DNA of 64,000 nt from Amphiscolops sp. MND2022 (lineage: Eukaryota): positions 44,270,001-44,334,000 of the forward strand of contig OZ076409.1 in the NCBI GenBank assembly GCA_964187785.1, in the 5' to 3' direction. Position numbers and translations under genes: made by a program. The stretch's first letter is position 1. Every line of letters begins with the position of its first letter. The notes under the pieces were generated by a model. It ran no database searches. It was not told where the DNA came from and worked only from the letters and a program-made list of their open reading frames with translations. Shown piece after piece: positions 11,082 to 23,939 of the stretch.

Positions 11082-11549
11082 AACAACTGTGTGGATAGGA
11101 AAACGAAGATGAAAGAAGTTTGAATTATATGTTCCGAATACAAATGAATAACCTTTCATAACTGTGTCTTTGTATGAAAAATTTAAAAAATGAATGTAAT
11201 GAAAACTAAACATGAAAAATGAAAGCTAAACATGCCGCCTTGATCAGCTCTTTGACTGACCTACTTTAAAACATGGTGCCAAGTAGTCCTTTTTCATTTC
11301 TCCGCAATCAACGCCAATGATGAAACAACAGCAGGAACCAACAATAAATTCCTTTTTAAAGTTGACTCAATCACAATACTCATCCTTTTTAAAACTCAAC
11401 AAAAACATCAACAATCATTACACAACCATAGAATCGGACGTTCTAACAGACAATGCAAAAAATTTCATTTGGTCACTCGAGCTGATTTGACCTCGAAAGA
11501 ACCTAATTATTGACAAAATATATAAGACTGATGCAACAGTTCAGTTGCT

Positions 11550-12470
11550 TTTACATCAAGTTTATAACTAACGTACAAACACTCTCGTTCTCACTTGGGA
11601 ACTTGAGTTTGGGTCTTACAACTACGCCACGAATCGAAGAGGATCCGGAGCATGCTGTGATTTTTGTCTTTCCAACTGCTTGCCTCCAATTTTCTCGATT
11701 ACGCCAATTTGACATTTTGAGATACGAAAATCCCCATTGCTCTGCCACCAGATGAAACAGTGTACTCCAAAACCCCAAAGTCACTGAGCTACCTTCTCTA
11801 TCCTCAGTGAGCTTTGTATAAATTGTATAAGCTTTCGCTACTTTCGATTTTGAAGCAAAAATCATCATCATCACAACCCACAGCAGGCAAATGGAGTTGA
11901 TAATAGCCAGGAGGGTTGTTTCATCAGAACAAAATGTTGCAATTTACTCATCAACAGAATCCTGTAACGGTTGCAGTTTATCAAAACAAAATAAAAAACG
12001 TACCTTCTGCAAATTGTTTAGTGTCAAAAGATCCTTACCTATGGTAGACAAAATTGTAGACTGCCGAATGGAATTGTTTTTGACAGCGATAGAAGTTTTT
12101 GCTCCACCAAGAACAAACTGATGCAACGGTTTTGTGTTTTATCCAACATTTCTATTATGAGCTCCCATCAAATGTTGGTTTCAATAGTGGATTTTAGTAT
12201 CTGAACTTGATAAAGCGTCACCTTTTAAAGTCTCTGCAGCGTTTCGTTAGGTTGTCATTCTTCAAGTGTATAGCGGGTTATATTCGCTTCTTACTTTTCC
12301 GACACCAATTTCGCGCCTAATGGAAAGTAGGTTTTTTGTTGCAGCAGGTACATCGATAGACAAGTATTTCAAAGCTTACAGTAGCGAAGTCAGCACGTTT
12401 TACTTTCTTTACGAACATCTCACCAATTTTGAATTAGACCAAGGAACTTCAACTCCCCCAGGTGTATGTT
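11550..12470 (+). pseudogene. Polinton/Maverick-type protein-primed PolB relic: Zn-finger-like region and exonuclease part
   Basis: ACLQFSR...PHC upstream of AFATFDFEA (ExoI-like, ~11831); FVAAGTSIDKYFKAY...FYFLYEHL matches the pPolB 'SLDxxLKAY...KGxFPYE' region. Many stops and frameshifts. Confidence 0.65.
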
Positions 12471-13379
12471 TCTAAACCTCAGTGGAAAAATGAAAACGTT
12501 TTAGAGAGCGAAACAACCAGTTAGACCAACAACAACAACAACAAAGATGGAAGTACATCAGGACTTCACACAAACATGGGATCAGGAGGTGTTTCCAACG
12601 AAGATGGAGTGTGTGTAGTTTTATAGTAGTTGTGATGTTCATCACTTTTACAAGGCTGTGATCAAAGTGGCTCAGTTTTTTGAACAACATTCCATTGATT
12701 TGCTGAAGGTAACTGTAACATTCAGTATTTAGTTGTTTTGAGAAAATTAATGTAACTGTAATCAGTGATGAAAAAGTCAATTCAAAATTTTTTTGTGTTG
12801 CCAACCCTTTGTATTTGTCCGCTATCGATGGAAACATGCCAACTGTGCCTTTGACTCTTTACGTATGCAACAGCAGTTAAGTTTCCAAAAAAATTTTTTG
12901 AGCAAAAGGACAGTGTTTTGCTTTTTCTTTTCATCCAAACGTCTCAATGACCAAAGTTTGAACATTCCTTTCCGATCAGGTCTTTGTGTCCTGTAAAGCT
13001 TTAGGAGGTTTTGGATGTTGTCACGCCACGACTGTTTGATATTGGTTAGTTGACAATTTAAAAAAGAAATAGAATAATGAAAACAACACTGCCTCATGAA
13101 GTACTTCATACTGCTTAACGTTTCAATCGCCTCTGATTCATGCAAAAAACACCATTGAAAGTACATAAAAATGTCAAGGAGCGTAAAACATTTAACACAC
13201 ACAAATGCTGGGTTCCGTGTAATTGAACAATAGGGGTGTTAACAGGCTTCAGGGAAACGTTGACATGTCGCTCAGTATGATTGCAGAAAAATCCAAAGTT
13301 ACTTGACACAGTGCATACCGCAACCAACTCAAATTTCAAGATTTTGTTGAAGAAAGAAAATTTGATGAAAGAATCAATT

Positions 13380-13820
13380 CACCTAATTTCCGGACATTTG
13401 AACTTGTGGATGTAACAACTGCCAAATTTACCAAGGCCAGAAAAAAATTGCACGATGACCCCATTGTCGTTGGTTTTACAGTACCAAACAAGGGCAAACA
13501 AAGAATTGTAGATTTTCGTTACGTTTTTCTCGGCAGAACTTTGAGACCAAGGTCGTTTGGTGCAAACGATATGAAAACAGACTACATTGCAATGACATGA
13601 ACCAATCCCTACGATAGCTTCTCCGAGACAGCGAAATCACGAATTCGCGAAAACGCAAAGCATTATCTTCAACAAGAAGAATGCTTTGTACCAAATGCTC
13701 ACAAAAGAATTCTATCTAGAGTTTTTGTTTTAAAAAACACGGTGCAGTGGGTAATCGAGAACCTGGACTCTCCAAAATTGATTCGAAAGGAGCATACTTT
13801 TTTTCGTTAGGATCACTAAT
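13380..13820 (+). pseudogene. pPolB relic: palm motif C region and C-terminal part
   Basis: KLHDDPIVVGFTV..GKQRIVDFRYVFL...DMKTDYIA (cf. 'PIxVGFxIL..AKLRMLxFYYxFL...MDTDS') and NREPGLSKID (cf. 'RxPGLFKxE'). Confidence 0.72.
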
Positions 13821-14407
13821 GGAGTCGCCAACGGAAAGATTTTATCCGTCCTCAACGAAGGATCCAATAAAGAGTTTCGCTAATATCTTCGAACTAAGTT
13901 CACATATAAACAGAAAAACTAATATTTTTTCACTACAAATTACTTGTGCAAGCAGATGGTGTTACAACGTTCCCTACAAACGTTTGAAGTAAACATGATC
14001 GTTTTGTCGAAAAGACCTTGTTTCAGATTTCTTTGTTGATTTTTTGTTTTGAAGCTCAGCCGTTTTTCCGCAATCTCCAGCAATGGCATGACGACACCGA
14101 CTCGAAACATTTCAACTGTTTCCACTGTTCTTCGTACAGAAAAAAGGAAGGCAAGATCAGCAAACTCTGGTTCAGGTAAACTTTCGAACATTATCCAAAT
14201 TGCGGTACAATGTAGGCCAAACGGGACTTGACATTTATGAAGTTTCAGACACACCTCTAAGTGATCCCAGCACAGTGAACGAAAAGGACACGGCACTTCA
14301 AAGTGACAAACTAAAAAAGTGTTGTTTGATGAGGAATGTGATTAACAATTTGATGAGCCACAAAAGAAACTATTGAAAAATATGTTCATAAAAGATGACC
14401 TAAACAA

Positions 14408-15065
14408 CGTGTCATGGTACTTTATGACGAAGCTGATTGTATCAGCAAACCATCCACAAGTAGCTTTTACGACCGAAATATATGCTGCTTTCGATCATTT
14501 TGGTGCTTATTTTTCTTGCTGTAAAATGTCTAACGTGGCACAAGTCTAAATTCCTTTCAGAACGGAGCTTCTTGAACAGGGAGGAGCTTAAATTGCTGTA
14601 CAATCTTGAACTGCTCTTAGACATATTTTCAATGGAGACAATTTCAAATTTAGAGAACAACTTTTCTTTCTTGCCAGCTTTCAGTTCACTAATGTTTGTA
14701 GAAGTTTCATGTTTAGGAATTACAAACAAAAACTTGAACGTTTCCGTAACTGATTCCTGATCTGATTACCGGCAGGGCCATTACTAAAAACGAACATCTT
14801 GGAGACAACCCCGTGTCATGGTACTTCATGACGAAGCTGATTGTAACAGCAAGCCATCCACAATTAGCTTTTTCGACCGAAATTTATGCTGCTTTCGATC
14901 ATTTTGGTGCTTATTTTTCTTGCTGTAAAATGTCTGACATGGCACAAGCCTAGATTTGTTTCAGAACACGGAGGTTCTTGAACCCGGAGGAGCTTAAATT
15001 GCTGTACAACCTTGAACTGCTCTGAGACATAATTTCAATGGAGACAATTTCAAACTTAGAGAAAC
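14408..15065 (+). repeat. ~250-bp direct repeat (14408-14657 vs 14812-15063)
   Basis: Both begin CGTGTCATGGTACTT and end GGAGACAATTTCAAA(T/C)TTAGAG; roughly 90% identical by eye. Confidence 0.9.
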
Positions 15066-18000
15066 AACTGAAAGTAACTGACTTTTTTTGCTGCCAGTTT
15101 TCAATTCACTTGCAGCCAAAAATTTTCAATCCACATTCTTCGATATCATCTTCATCATCATACATACCGCTCATTATTATTCATTCAGTCCTGCAAAACT
15201 TCGTCACTTTGTTGAAGATGGTCCAGCCATGGCAACAAGCGTTCAAACGGTTCATCAAAATCAATGTTGGAAGGCATCAAACCATCAGCATTATCTTCGT
15301 CAAATAAAATCATTGAATCATACCTGTTGTCTGTTGCAAGACTGTCAGAATCATCGGTCACAATGTCGAAATCATTTTATTTTGTGCTGTGAATTCAAAA
15401 AAAAACACCACTGTGAACTTTCATTAACACAAACTTGTAGTGAAAATACCATTTTCGTATTGAATCACCACTTTTTTCATTTGCCGAAAGAGTACCCCTT
15501 GGACAACCACTAAGAAAGATTTTGAAAACGCTGAAGTTCAAACCTGGATAACAACAAAACCCTTTGGGACGAAATAATGCAAGAGAAGTAGGATTTTCGT
15601 AAAGTTTTTTGGTGACTAGGAAAACGACCATCTTTTAAACTCCGTTGTCGCTTGGCTCAATCGCAAAAAGCTTTCGTTTTAGTTGGTCACTCTGTATCGA
15701 AAACCAATGAAGTGTAATGATTGGTGACGTTATTTTCAACCGGGTCCAAGTTGTTTATTTTGGGCGTTCTGTTACGTCATATTGTCGCAATATTCACGTT
15801 GTTTTGGAAACCGTGTTTGGACCAAACTCCGTGACTCACTCAACAATCCCTCTCCTGCCCAAAATGCCACTTCTTTCTACTATTTGCGTACTTTTAAACT
15901 TTTCGGGAAAAAGGAAAGACGTAACAGAACCTATGCTAAAACCAAGGAAAGCGTTCGTTCAGGCTTTCAAACTGACAATCTGGTAACACTCTTTCCCAAA
16001 GAAATCAACGAATTTGAATGAAAATCTTGAAATTGCCCAAATGAAGTCCGTTTTTAATTGGTCTTCTTCTTGGGATAGACCACAATCAATCCATATCCAC
16101 AATTCCGTGTAAAAATTCCGAGTTCGGTTTCTTTTTGTTGCAAAGCAAAAGCCAACTTCGTTTCCTTTTTATCTGCTTTTGGTCTTTTCATTTGCACGTT
16201 GTTTAGCTTTGCTGGAATTCTTGTCAACTTTACATGCTTTCTGCTTTCCAGACAAAAAATGAGAGCGGAAATTGTGATGAGATGTTCAACGTTTTCATCA
16301 AAAACTGTTACAGAAGAGGCGTAAACTTAAATTTGTAATTTAAGGAAATTATGTTCAAAACATCAGCAAAGTAGTGGCTAATAGTCTCTTTCCACCAATT
16401 TAGCGCTCGAAGTTGAATGGTGAATGAAAACGGGACAGCGAGGGACTTATCTCTCTAGAAAAAAATAACAGCGGAGGCTGATGAGAATACGCATGACGAG
16501 TGACGGGTCATTTTCAAGGGCCACAATTGCTGGTTTCGAGTGGATATCAAAACCTATGACTATGACTACAGTTGTTGTTCATCAACATACATTGGTCTAC
16601 GTTTGTTCAAAAGAGACCAATGGAATAGTCAAAAACAAATTTCAGGCACAGCTGATAAACTGACGTGCTTTGAGACTTGCTTAGGCTTGGGTGATAAGGC
16701 TGCACTAGAGACTGATAACTTGACTCAAAATGAGCCTCAGCTTCCTTTCGATCTGTCGAAATTGCTTCGTGTGGGGTAAAGTCAAAGACGACACATGCGA
16801 TTCGATCTAATCCGTTGTACGGAAGGAAACACTACTCGTGAGAACGCCGTTCGAAGTGGTGCAGCCATTGGAAGCAGGCTCGGAACAAGCTCAAAGGTCA
16901 TAACGAGAAGTGTTGCTCAGGCAGCACTGTCCCCGAAGTTGGTCAAAAGTGGGTTCGAAAAGAAAGCAACATCTCTCAACAACAAGCAGACATCCACAAA
17001 TGTCGAAACAAAGACAATCGTACCAGGATCGGGTGCGACGTTGACTACCGCGTACAAACCCAAGTGGTTACATGCCAAGAAACTGGGTAGATGGTTGACA
17101 ACGAGTTGGAAAAAGATGACGTCTACATGAACATGTTCAAAAAATATGGTTGTTGTGGATATTGTTAAGGCGCGGAAGAATTGAAGATGCCTGTTTTCAA
17201 ACTCAACGAGCGTAACTTTCAAAAAACTTTCACGGGGCGTTTTGCATATAAAATTGTCTTACTTACACGTGTCTGTGGTTTGATTTTCTTTTTCCTGATT
17301 TGTAATATTCGTTTTGCATTGTTCTTCTTTTGTTCGCATAGCGTTCTCAACATGGTCTTCCATGGTGTGCCTGTTCTGCACAATGCTCATTTGGACAATT
17401 TCGTATTTTTTTTATCTCATCAAAGGTTAGTTGTCCATTGCTTGTTAAGGAGGAAATATTGCTCGTTTTTGGCTGAAAAGTGGCCAGTTTCAGACAAAAA
17501 TAATTATACAGTTTTTTCGCGGCCTGCAAAAGAGAAATCTGCTGCATGCTGCAAGTAGAGATCACGAAGTGTTTTTCACAAACATTAAAAACGTTCTGGA
17601 CAAGTGATCGGAATTTAGTCAACTATATGATAATTAGCCTTAAAACTGAGATTCGAGAGGATCTTCCGGGTCAATATAACAGAATCAGTATGATTCCAAT
17701 GCTATCTTTTTGAAGAACCCCACTCTTTTATCCCCTATTGTCTGCAGAAAGTTTGAATTCAGACTTTGTGTCCGATTTCGGAAGAAAGGCGAACTCGAAT
17801 GAGGTTTTTGGTATGAGTAATAACAGTAAAGTCAATTTTTTCAGCGAATCACTGTATACCATGGGATGGATCCGGATTGGTGGAATACAAAACAAAAAAG
17901 TTCATGACATCAAGGTATTTAAAAAACGAAAACCTGTGATTGTGAACAAAAACGAAAAAAACGAATGTCCCTCAAAAACTCTAACGATGGACATCAGATT

Positions 18001-19466
18001 GAATACATATCAACCTCAATATCTACCAGCTAAAACACCATGACTGCACTTCCGTTCAAAATAGGGAGTTTCAAAATTTGATGCCGAAAAAGTAAACATT
18101 TCCTCTATTCAATGAATGTCTCCAATTCGCGATCAAGAAATAGCACAACTGCGTCCTCAGTGAGTTCAAAATTAAAGAAAAAAATTTCCCTGTACACTTG
18201 TTTTCGATCTCAACAAGGTTTGGAATATCTTACCACAACATGTCTACTACGGCCTTTCATATACCTGCACACATAAACAATTTCATTGGTACTTCTCTAT
18301 TGTGCTACAACAACACTACAGAAAAGCACAGTGATCTTCTTTGCGACGCCTGAAATTGTCACGTAGACATTGGTACATGAGTAAAAGGCTTGTTTTGTTT
18401 TCGTCATTTTTGCTATAGATTCTGCGTTCAATTTTCTCGAGTTAAGAGTGTAATCACAAAAGACTGAACAAAGCAAACTTCAACGACGACATTTCCAGTT
18501 TCCATACAGAAAAAATAAGTGTACTGGAGGGTCTAAAAAGGATGTAAAGTGTAATCTGGGGCGAAGAAATTCAAACTGTGGAAAAATTCTAAACTCGCCA
18601 AAAAACATGTTCGAAAGATTCATCATTTCTTGGCACGGCGTTGAAACGAAAGCAGCTCGACTGTGATGTTTGGATTTTCGCTTTTGAAACAGATCAAGGT
18701 TGCAGCGATTGAGAGTTTCAGAAACATTTTTTGCAGTTTCCTGGGTCATTGAGTGGAGAGCCGATTGTGTACGTTGGATACGAGTGTGTCAGCATGTTTT
18801 GGTGAGCGGATTGTGCTACTCACAAAAGAGTTTGTGAAACGGAGCTGTTCATTGCTCACTTTGGAACTGGATTTGACATTTGGCAGATCCTAGACTGATT
18901 GTAGAAACAGTACAAGTAGTTTCAATGCGAGAACGCAAAAATTATATTGGCTCCATTCTATTTATACTTATCCTTTGATCCAAGTTCATTTCATTATTTA
19001 ACCTTAAAGAGCGAAAGAAAAAGGAGAACAAAAATCTGGAATCCACAGGCAGGCGCTCATGTCTCAATTTTAATAGCAATATACACCACTTTCATACCTG
19101 TGAAAGGAGTATATTTCCAAACTTATCACTGGCTAACAGAAACCCAGATGACCCATATTTTTTCTTCAGACATGGACCTTTTCCTCCGACATGTCTGTAC
19201 ACACTCAGCGCATTGTAAGGCGAACGAAACGTGAAACGGTGTTTGGAAAAACACACGCAGCAGATACGGTACACATCCAGAACCCTTAATTCAAAAACGT
19301 TTTGATATCTTACTGTGAATTGGACGTCAAGCTTTTGAAGGAAGGTTTTTCAGATTACCGCCGCTATTCTGGAAATGAGCTGTCCAATTTTCGTCCGGAA
19401 AAATGGCCACTGGGTCTTTGACTCATTACGTGAGCAACAGCAGCTATCTGGGTTCTAAAAATAAAA

Positions 19467-19822
19467 AACAAGACTAGAACGTCCAAAGTCGGCGCCATAT
19501 CTAAGGCTCAAAAAGCGCAAAAAAAAATTTTTTGGAAAAAAAACATGAATTTTTGAAAAAAATTTTCTTTCAAAAAAAGTCGCACAGTGCCGAAAAAAAT
19601 CCAAAGGGGGGACCCTTTGGGCACGTCCGGTTGTGTATGTTTCCTTGAAAAAGTAAAAACTGAAAGGGGGACCCTTTGGAGTAAAGTTTGCCTTCTGCGC
19701 AGAATTGCAGAATTGTAAGAAAAGTGGACCACTCAGAGTGAGATTGTCAACTGAAAAAAACAAAAAAAAAACTACTCACTGTAAGAGTCGGGCTTTTTTC
19801 CTTAAGGGAAAAGGCGCCGACT
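19467..19822 (-). mobile_element. Helentron-associated (HINE/DINE-1-like) non-autonomous element
   Basis: Subterminal inverted repeat AGTCGGCGCC/GGCGCCGACT, a partial inverted copy next to one subTIR, A/T-run flanks; same family as the 43.5-49.2 kb copies. Confidence 0.7.
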
Positions 19823-19969
19823 AAAAACAGTGAGTCGTTGCAGGCCGAACGACAGTATGTTGCCTCCTTATCAAAACGTCCTCATGATAAAAATCTAAAA
19901 GTTTCATTGTCTACACGTTTCACTAATATGCACCAGCAAAATGGGACCTCCTTTCCTCACTCTTTCTGT

Positions 19970-20720
19970 TTGTCCTGCAAAACTGGTTGGGACTTTAGAA
20001 GGTTGTTTTTATCTTTCATTGATGTTGATGTTTCTTCGAAGATGCATTGTAATGAATATTTTTGTTTCAGCCACCTTTGATATACGGGAAAATACGGGCA
20101 ACCACTTGTGAAAACGACAAGCGTGTAATGATAAGCAAGTAATGACAAATACTGGATATCGATCGTGTAAGTGATCAACAGAAGTTGAATCAGTTGAAAG
20201 GGATCCATCCCGAAGTAAAAACAGTTATTAAAATTTCTGAACTTTCTCAACAAAAGTGTGAAACGTTGGCGACTTTTCTCTTTGCCGTTTTGGAAGACAC
20301 AATCTGTGGAATTGCCAAAAATTACATCCAGATTCCAGAGCACCCAAAAAAATTTCTCAGCAAACTTCCACACATCTTCAAAACTACACTGATCGAGAGA
20401 CAATACCTTTTCGCTGAAATTCAAGATTATGCTAAAGTGTTTGGCTGAATGAAAATTGGTTGGAAGTGTCCAGTTGCCGGCTACTTTGAAGAAAAGATCA
20501 TGTTATTTACTGACTACATCAAAAGGTGCTTGGAACATCGTTTGGTTGCTATATCATACTTCATTGCAAGAAAAAGGCAAAACCTTCGCAAGAGTTTTTT
20601 GGATTTTGTAACGTAAAACATGCGTCTAGATCATGTCGTAACTCACTCAGTGTGATTGCAGAAACAACCACCGAACTCATTGGTGCATACGGTATCCAAC
20701 CCATTAAGATATCATTAGTA
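19970..20720 (+). pseudogene. pPolB relic: central region up to motif B
   Basis: IQIPEHPKKFLSKLPHIFKTTLI...YA...AGYFEEKIMLFTDY...LEHRL and VIAETTTELIGAYG resemble the pPolB 'VPxxLxxxFSxxPPIFKN...SYFxxKIxL' segment and degenerate motif B. Confidence 0.65.
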
Positions 20721-21129
20721 CTGAATCAAAGTCAAGTCAATTTTTGTGTTATTATTTGGTAAGAAATCAGCCCTTCCTTTTAGTTCATTATTGGCTTCGA
20801 TAAAATAGGAAGGAAACGCAATTCAAGCGAGATGAGGCCTTCTTGGAAATCTCATGATGGAAAAATTTCGTTGTCACTTGACTACTGTGTCACTTTACAA
20901 TTTTTAATTGAAGCATCCTACTATCCTACAACAAAATTTGTAATGGGTAAGAATGTTCCATGAAACAGCTATTTTTACAGTTGTCAACTTTTTGATTCAC
21001 ATGTTCTACAAAATACAGTCCAGTCATTTTGGATTCTTATACGTGATTAGAGAGCGAAATCGGCATTTTGGATACTAATTTTTGTCAGGTTTTGATGAAT
21101 TTTTGAAACCTGATTGTTATGCCACCTTT

Positions 21130-21438
21130 TTACCCAAGGAGAGCTTCTGACCAAATAACTAAATCGTATACAACGGCCACACCGTAGAAGATAGCTACAA
21201 ATACATAAAGGATGTAGAAGACGCGATGCAGACGGAAACTGATCTGCACGTTTTTGTAGGGCTCCGAAGTCTTCACAGCTATGAGCATCAGGGGTACAAA
21301 CACACAGTTTTGTAAATTTTGAGATAATGACGTCACGCGATCCAACACCTTGATGAATCCCTTAGGGTTCGTGATTGCGACACAGAAAACAGCAAAGAAG
21401 CATTTGATTGATACTATAGATCTCAACCACGAGACAGC
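21130..21438 (-). CDS. Amino-acid permease (APC superfamily; Aa_trans or Trp/Tyr-permease-like), last exon
   Basis: Three hydrophobic segments, NPKGFIKVL, AVVYD; acceptor TTTGAAG|GCT in phase 0; stop at 21132-21130. Confidence 0.75.
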   Translation of the reverse strand, partial: AVSWLRSIVSIKCFFAVFCVAITNPKGFIKVLDRVTSLSQNLQNCVFVPLMLIAVKTSEPYKNVQISFRLHRVFYILYVFVAIFYGVAVVYDLVIWSEALLG

Positions 21439-22269
21439 CTTCAAAGTAGGATTTTGATTAGCAAGATGGACTCAAAGGTCAAAAAGTACAGTTTTTCGAA
21501 AAGGCTGTTCTCATGTAAAATCCTGAGGAATCTTACAGAACCAAAAACACAGTGTGAGAAAACCCACTATGAGGAAACTTTTTGACCTAAGAGGGCTTTT
21601 CTTATCTCAAAATGTCTAAAAAATGAACAAAAAACAACGAAAACAGCAACCACTTTAGTGAAATGATTCTTTCTTTCTCTGTGCCAAAAAATCAAAGTGC
21701 GGACCTTTTGTAGTATCCTAGATCATGTTGAGGTAAGAAAAGCTCAAAGGGAGGACCTTTTGCCTTGGGGAGTACTCTTCAGGTTTTAAGACAGAAGATT
21801 GTAACCAGTGGAGTTGCCAGATTGGAAACTTTTATCTTTGATAAAAAACAGGAAAAAATTGCCTCATGTACTTTTTCTTACAAGCAAACATATGTACTAA
21901 ATGTGTTAAAATACCAGAAGCCCAAAAACTGATTGATAATTTTTATTTTCAAATGATTTGCAGCTCTTGTGGTTTAAAATTACTTTCTTCATTGCTGATA
22001 CTTTAGCTGAGAAAGCTTTCTTGATGAACTTTTGAAAATTATCAATTGAAAAAATAGATTTTAAAACATTTGGGCAAAAGTTTCGTTTGTATTTGAAATA
22101 GCATTTTCGCAAGAACTTATTCCATGTTCTAATTTTTCCGTATTGGGGCTACGATTTAAGCGTCAAATTAGAAAAAAAACTCTTAGATCAACTTCATTTG
22201 TGACGTGTTTTGGATGGTTTTCAATTATAAGAAGTAGAGAAATCCTGCCTTGAAGTTGAAAAACTCTAC

Positions 22270-23162
22270 TTCATTGTTGGTTGAAATTGTCAACCCCATC
22301 TTGTCGGCTATTATCTTTCCCTTGGATTCCCAGAAAGACTCCACAATTCCACTTAGCATGTGGTGCATCGCTGACCCGAAGGTCAGATATGACACAGTTA
22401 TGCTGACCATGATGAAAAACTCGACGAAAATCGAAACAACGCTATACTGTGGGTGGTGATACTCGATCACGCCACTGAGAGGAATCGTTGAGATCTCCCC
22501 TGCGTCATGTGAAGCTTCTAAGGAGACGGGGGTGCACTTCAAATCGGGTGCCTTTGTGCTGGAACTACTCATTGCCCCTTCGTAAGACTCTTTGTGACAC
22601 ATATTCTGCTGAGGTACTATTTTGAGGATGGTCCAACACCACATAATGTTGAGGAAGTAACAAGTAGTGAGTCCGAGAATAACCGCTGCGTTCAGTTTCT
22701 TTATTTGGTCAGGTCTTGGTCTAATGCGCATGAACAGAATTGGTAGAATGTTGATGATTCCCCCGATTGCAACTGTGCCCATGAGGAACGGTTCGCCAAC
22801 AGCACGCCAGTTGTTGGTATACTTGTTGTCAATTTTAGCCCCAACCAGAAATGTGATGACCACACATCCGACGAACATGCATCCTTTGACTAGGGTCATG
22901 ATGGAAATGACGGGTTGCACCATGAATTGCAGGAACACGACTACAAATGTGAGGACCAAACAGAAAATGGGAATCATAGTCAAAACATTCAGACCGAGAA
23001 TGTCGGCAAATGCCTGACTTCCGGCCAAAGCGTAGCTAATGAGCACAGACACGAAACCGAATCCAAGAACTACGTCGAAGCAGAATGCACCAATCTTTGT
23101 CAAAAACAGCTCACCGACCATGTGAAGGTTGGGTTTCACAACTGGAATGTCCAAGTCATCAG
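22270..23162 (-). CDS. Amino-acid permease, coding exon 3 (3' boundary either 22270 with a GT donor or 22249 with a GC donor)
   Basis: Acceptor TTTTCAG|CT matches the phase-1 donor of exon 2; multiple TM helices; LISYALAGSQA, PFLMGTVAIGG, GEISTIPL. Confidence 0.88.
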
Positions 23163-23764
23163 CTGAAAATTAAGAGGTATCAATTACTGCCATTGAAGGA
23201 AACATGAGAAATAGCTATGATGGAATGAGTTTTACCGTCAGAGCATGTTGATCCGATTAAACAACAGCGCTCGTAAAATTTTATCAAGATTTTGGAAACC
23301 ACAGTCGAATGAAAGTTACTGCAGTGCATAGGAAACATTTTTGAAAAAAAAAACGAAAGATTCAAACTGTATGTAAGTCTGGTACATTTTAAAATCATTT
23401 TCCTAGAACATCTATCTCTGCAGAAAAGTTTTGGGCGTTTGTTGTCTGATAGATCCATGCATTTGAGAGAACACACATGTCAAGTTTGGAAATAACTGGG
23501 CAGAGAAAGAGTTCTTTGAAAATTTTGCAAAATGGACGAACCGTTTTACTTTCCGTTGCGTAAGGAAATAAAATCAAGACAAGTTATGGTTCTTTCCAAT
23601 TTGTTTCATGTCATCTCGTATTCAAGGGTTTTTGCATATGCGGTTGAAAATTCGCTGCCCTATCGTTTTAAAACACAATGCTTTCAATGGAGTACATTAG
23701 AGTCAATTAATATTTCATAGCAAAAGTTCTCTGAGAACATGACGCAACCATGCAACTTACTAAC

Positions 23765-23939
23765 CGAGTCTGCTTTCGAAGTCAAACTCGTCTGACAGGA
23801 TAGTGGGTGCGTCTGAGTCATCGGTGGTGGCCTCGCCCGGGGCATCTGTCGCCACAGGCACTTCATTCTCCACAACAGGCAGCGCTTCGAACCCCACCAC
23901 GTTGGTCTTGCTCTCTTGCAATTTGTGGAAGAAGGCTAT
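23765..23939 (-). CDS. Amino-acid permease, coding exon 2 (acidic loop)
   Basis: CAG|ATA acceptor (phase 0) and G|GTTAGT donor (phase 1); open frame IAFFHKLQ...ESRL. Confidence 0.8.

Noticed and set aside
16481..18043. ORFs that might be Polinton structural proteins
   Set aside because: No motif I can recognise with confidence; left unassigned.
22250..23166. Plus-strand ORFs overlapping the permease exon
   Set aside because: Antisense shadows with no independent motifs.
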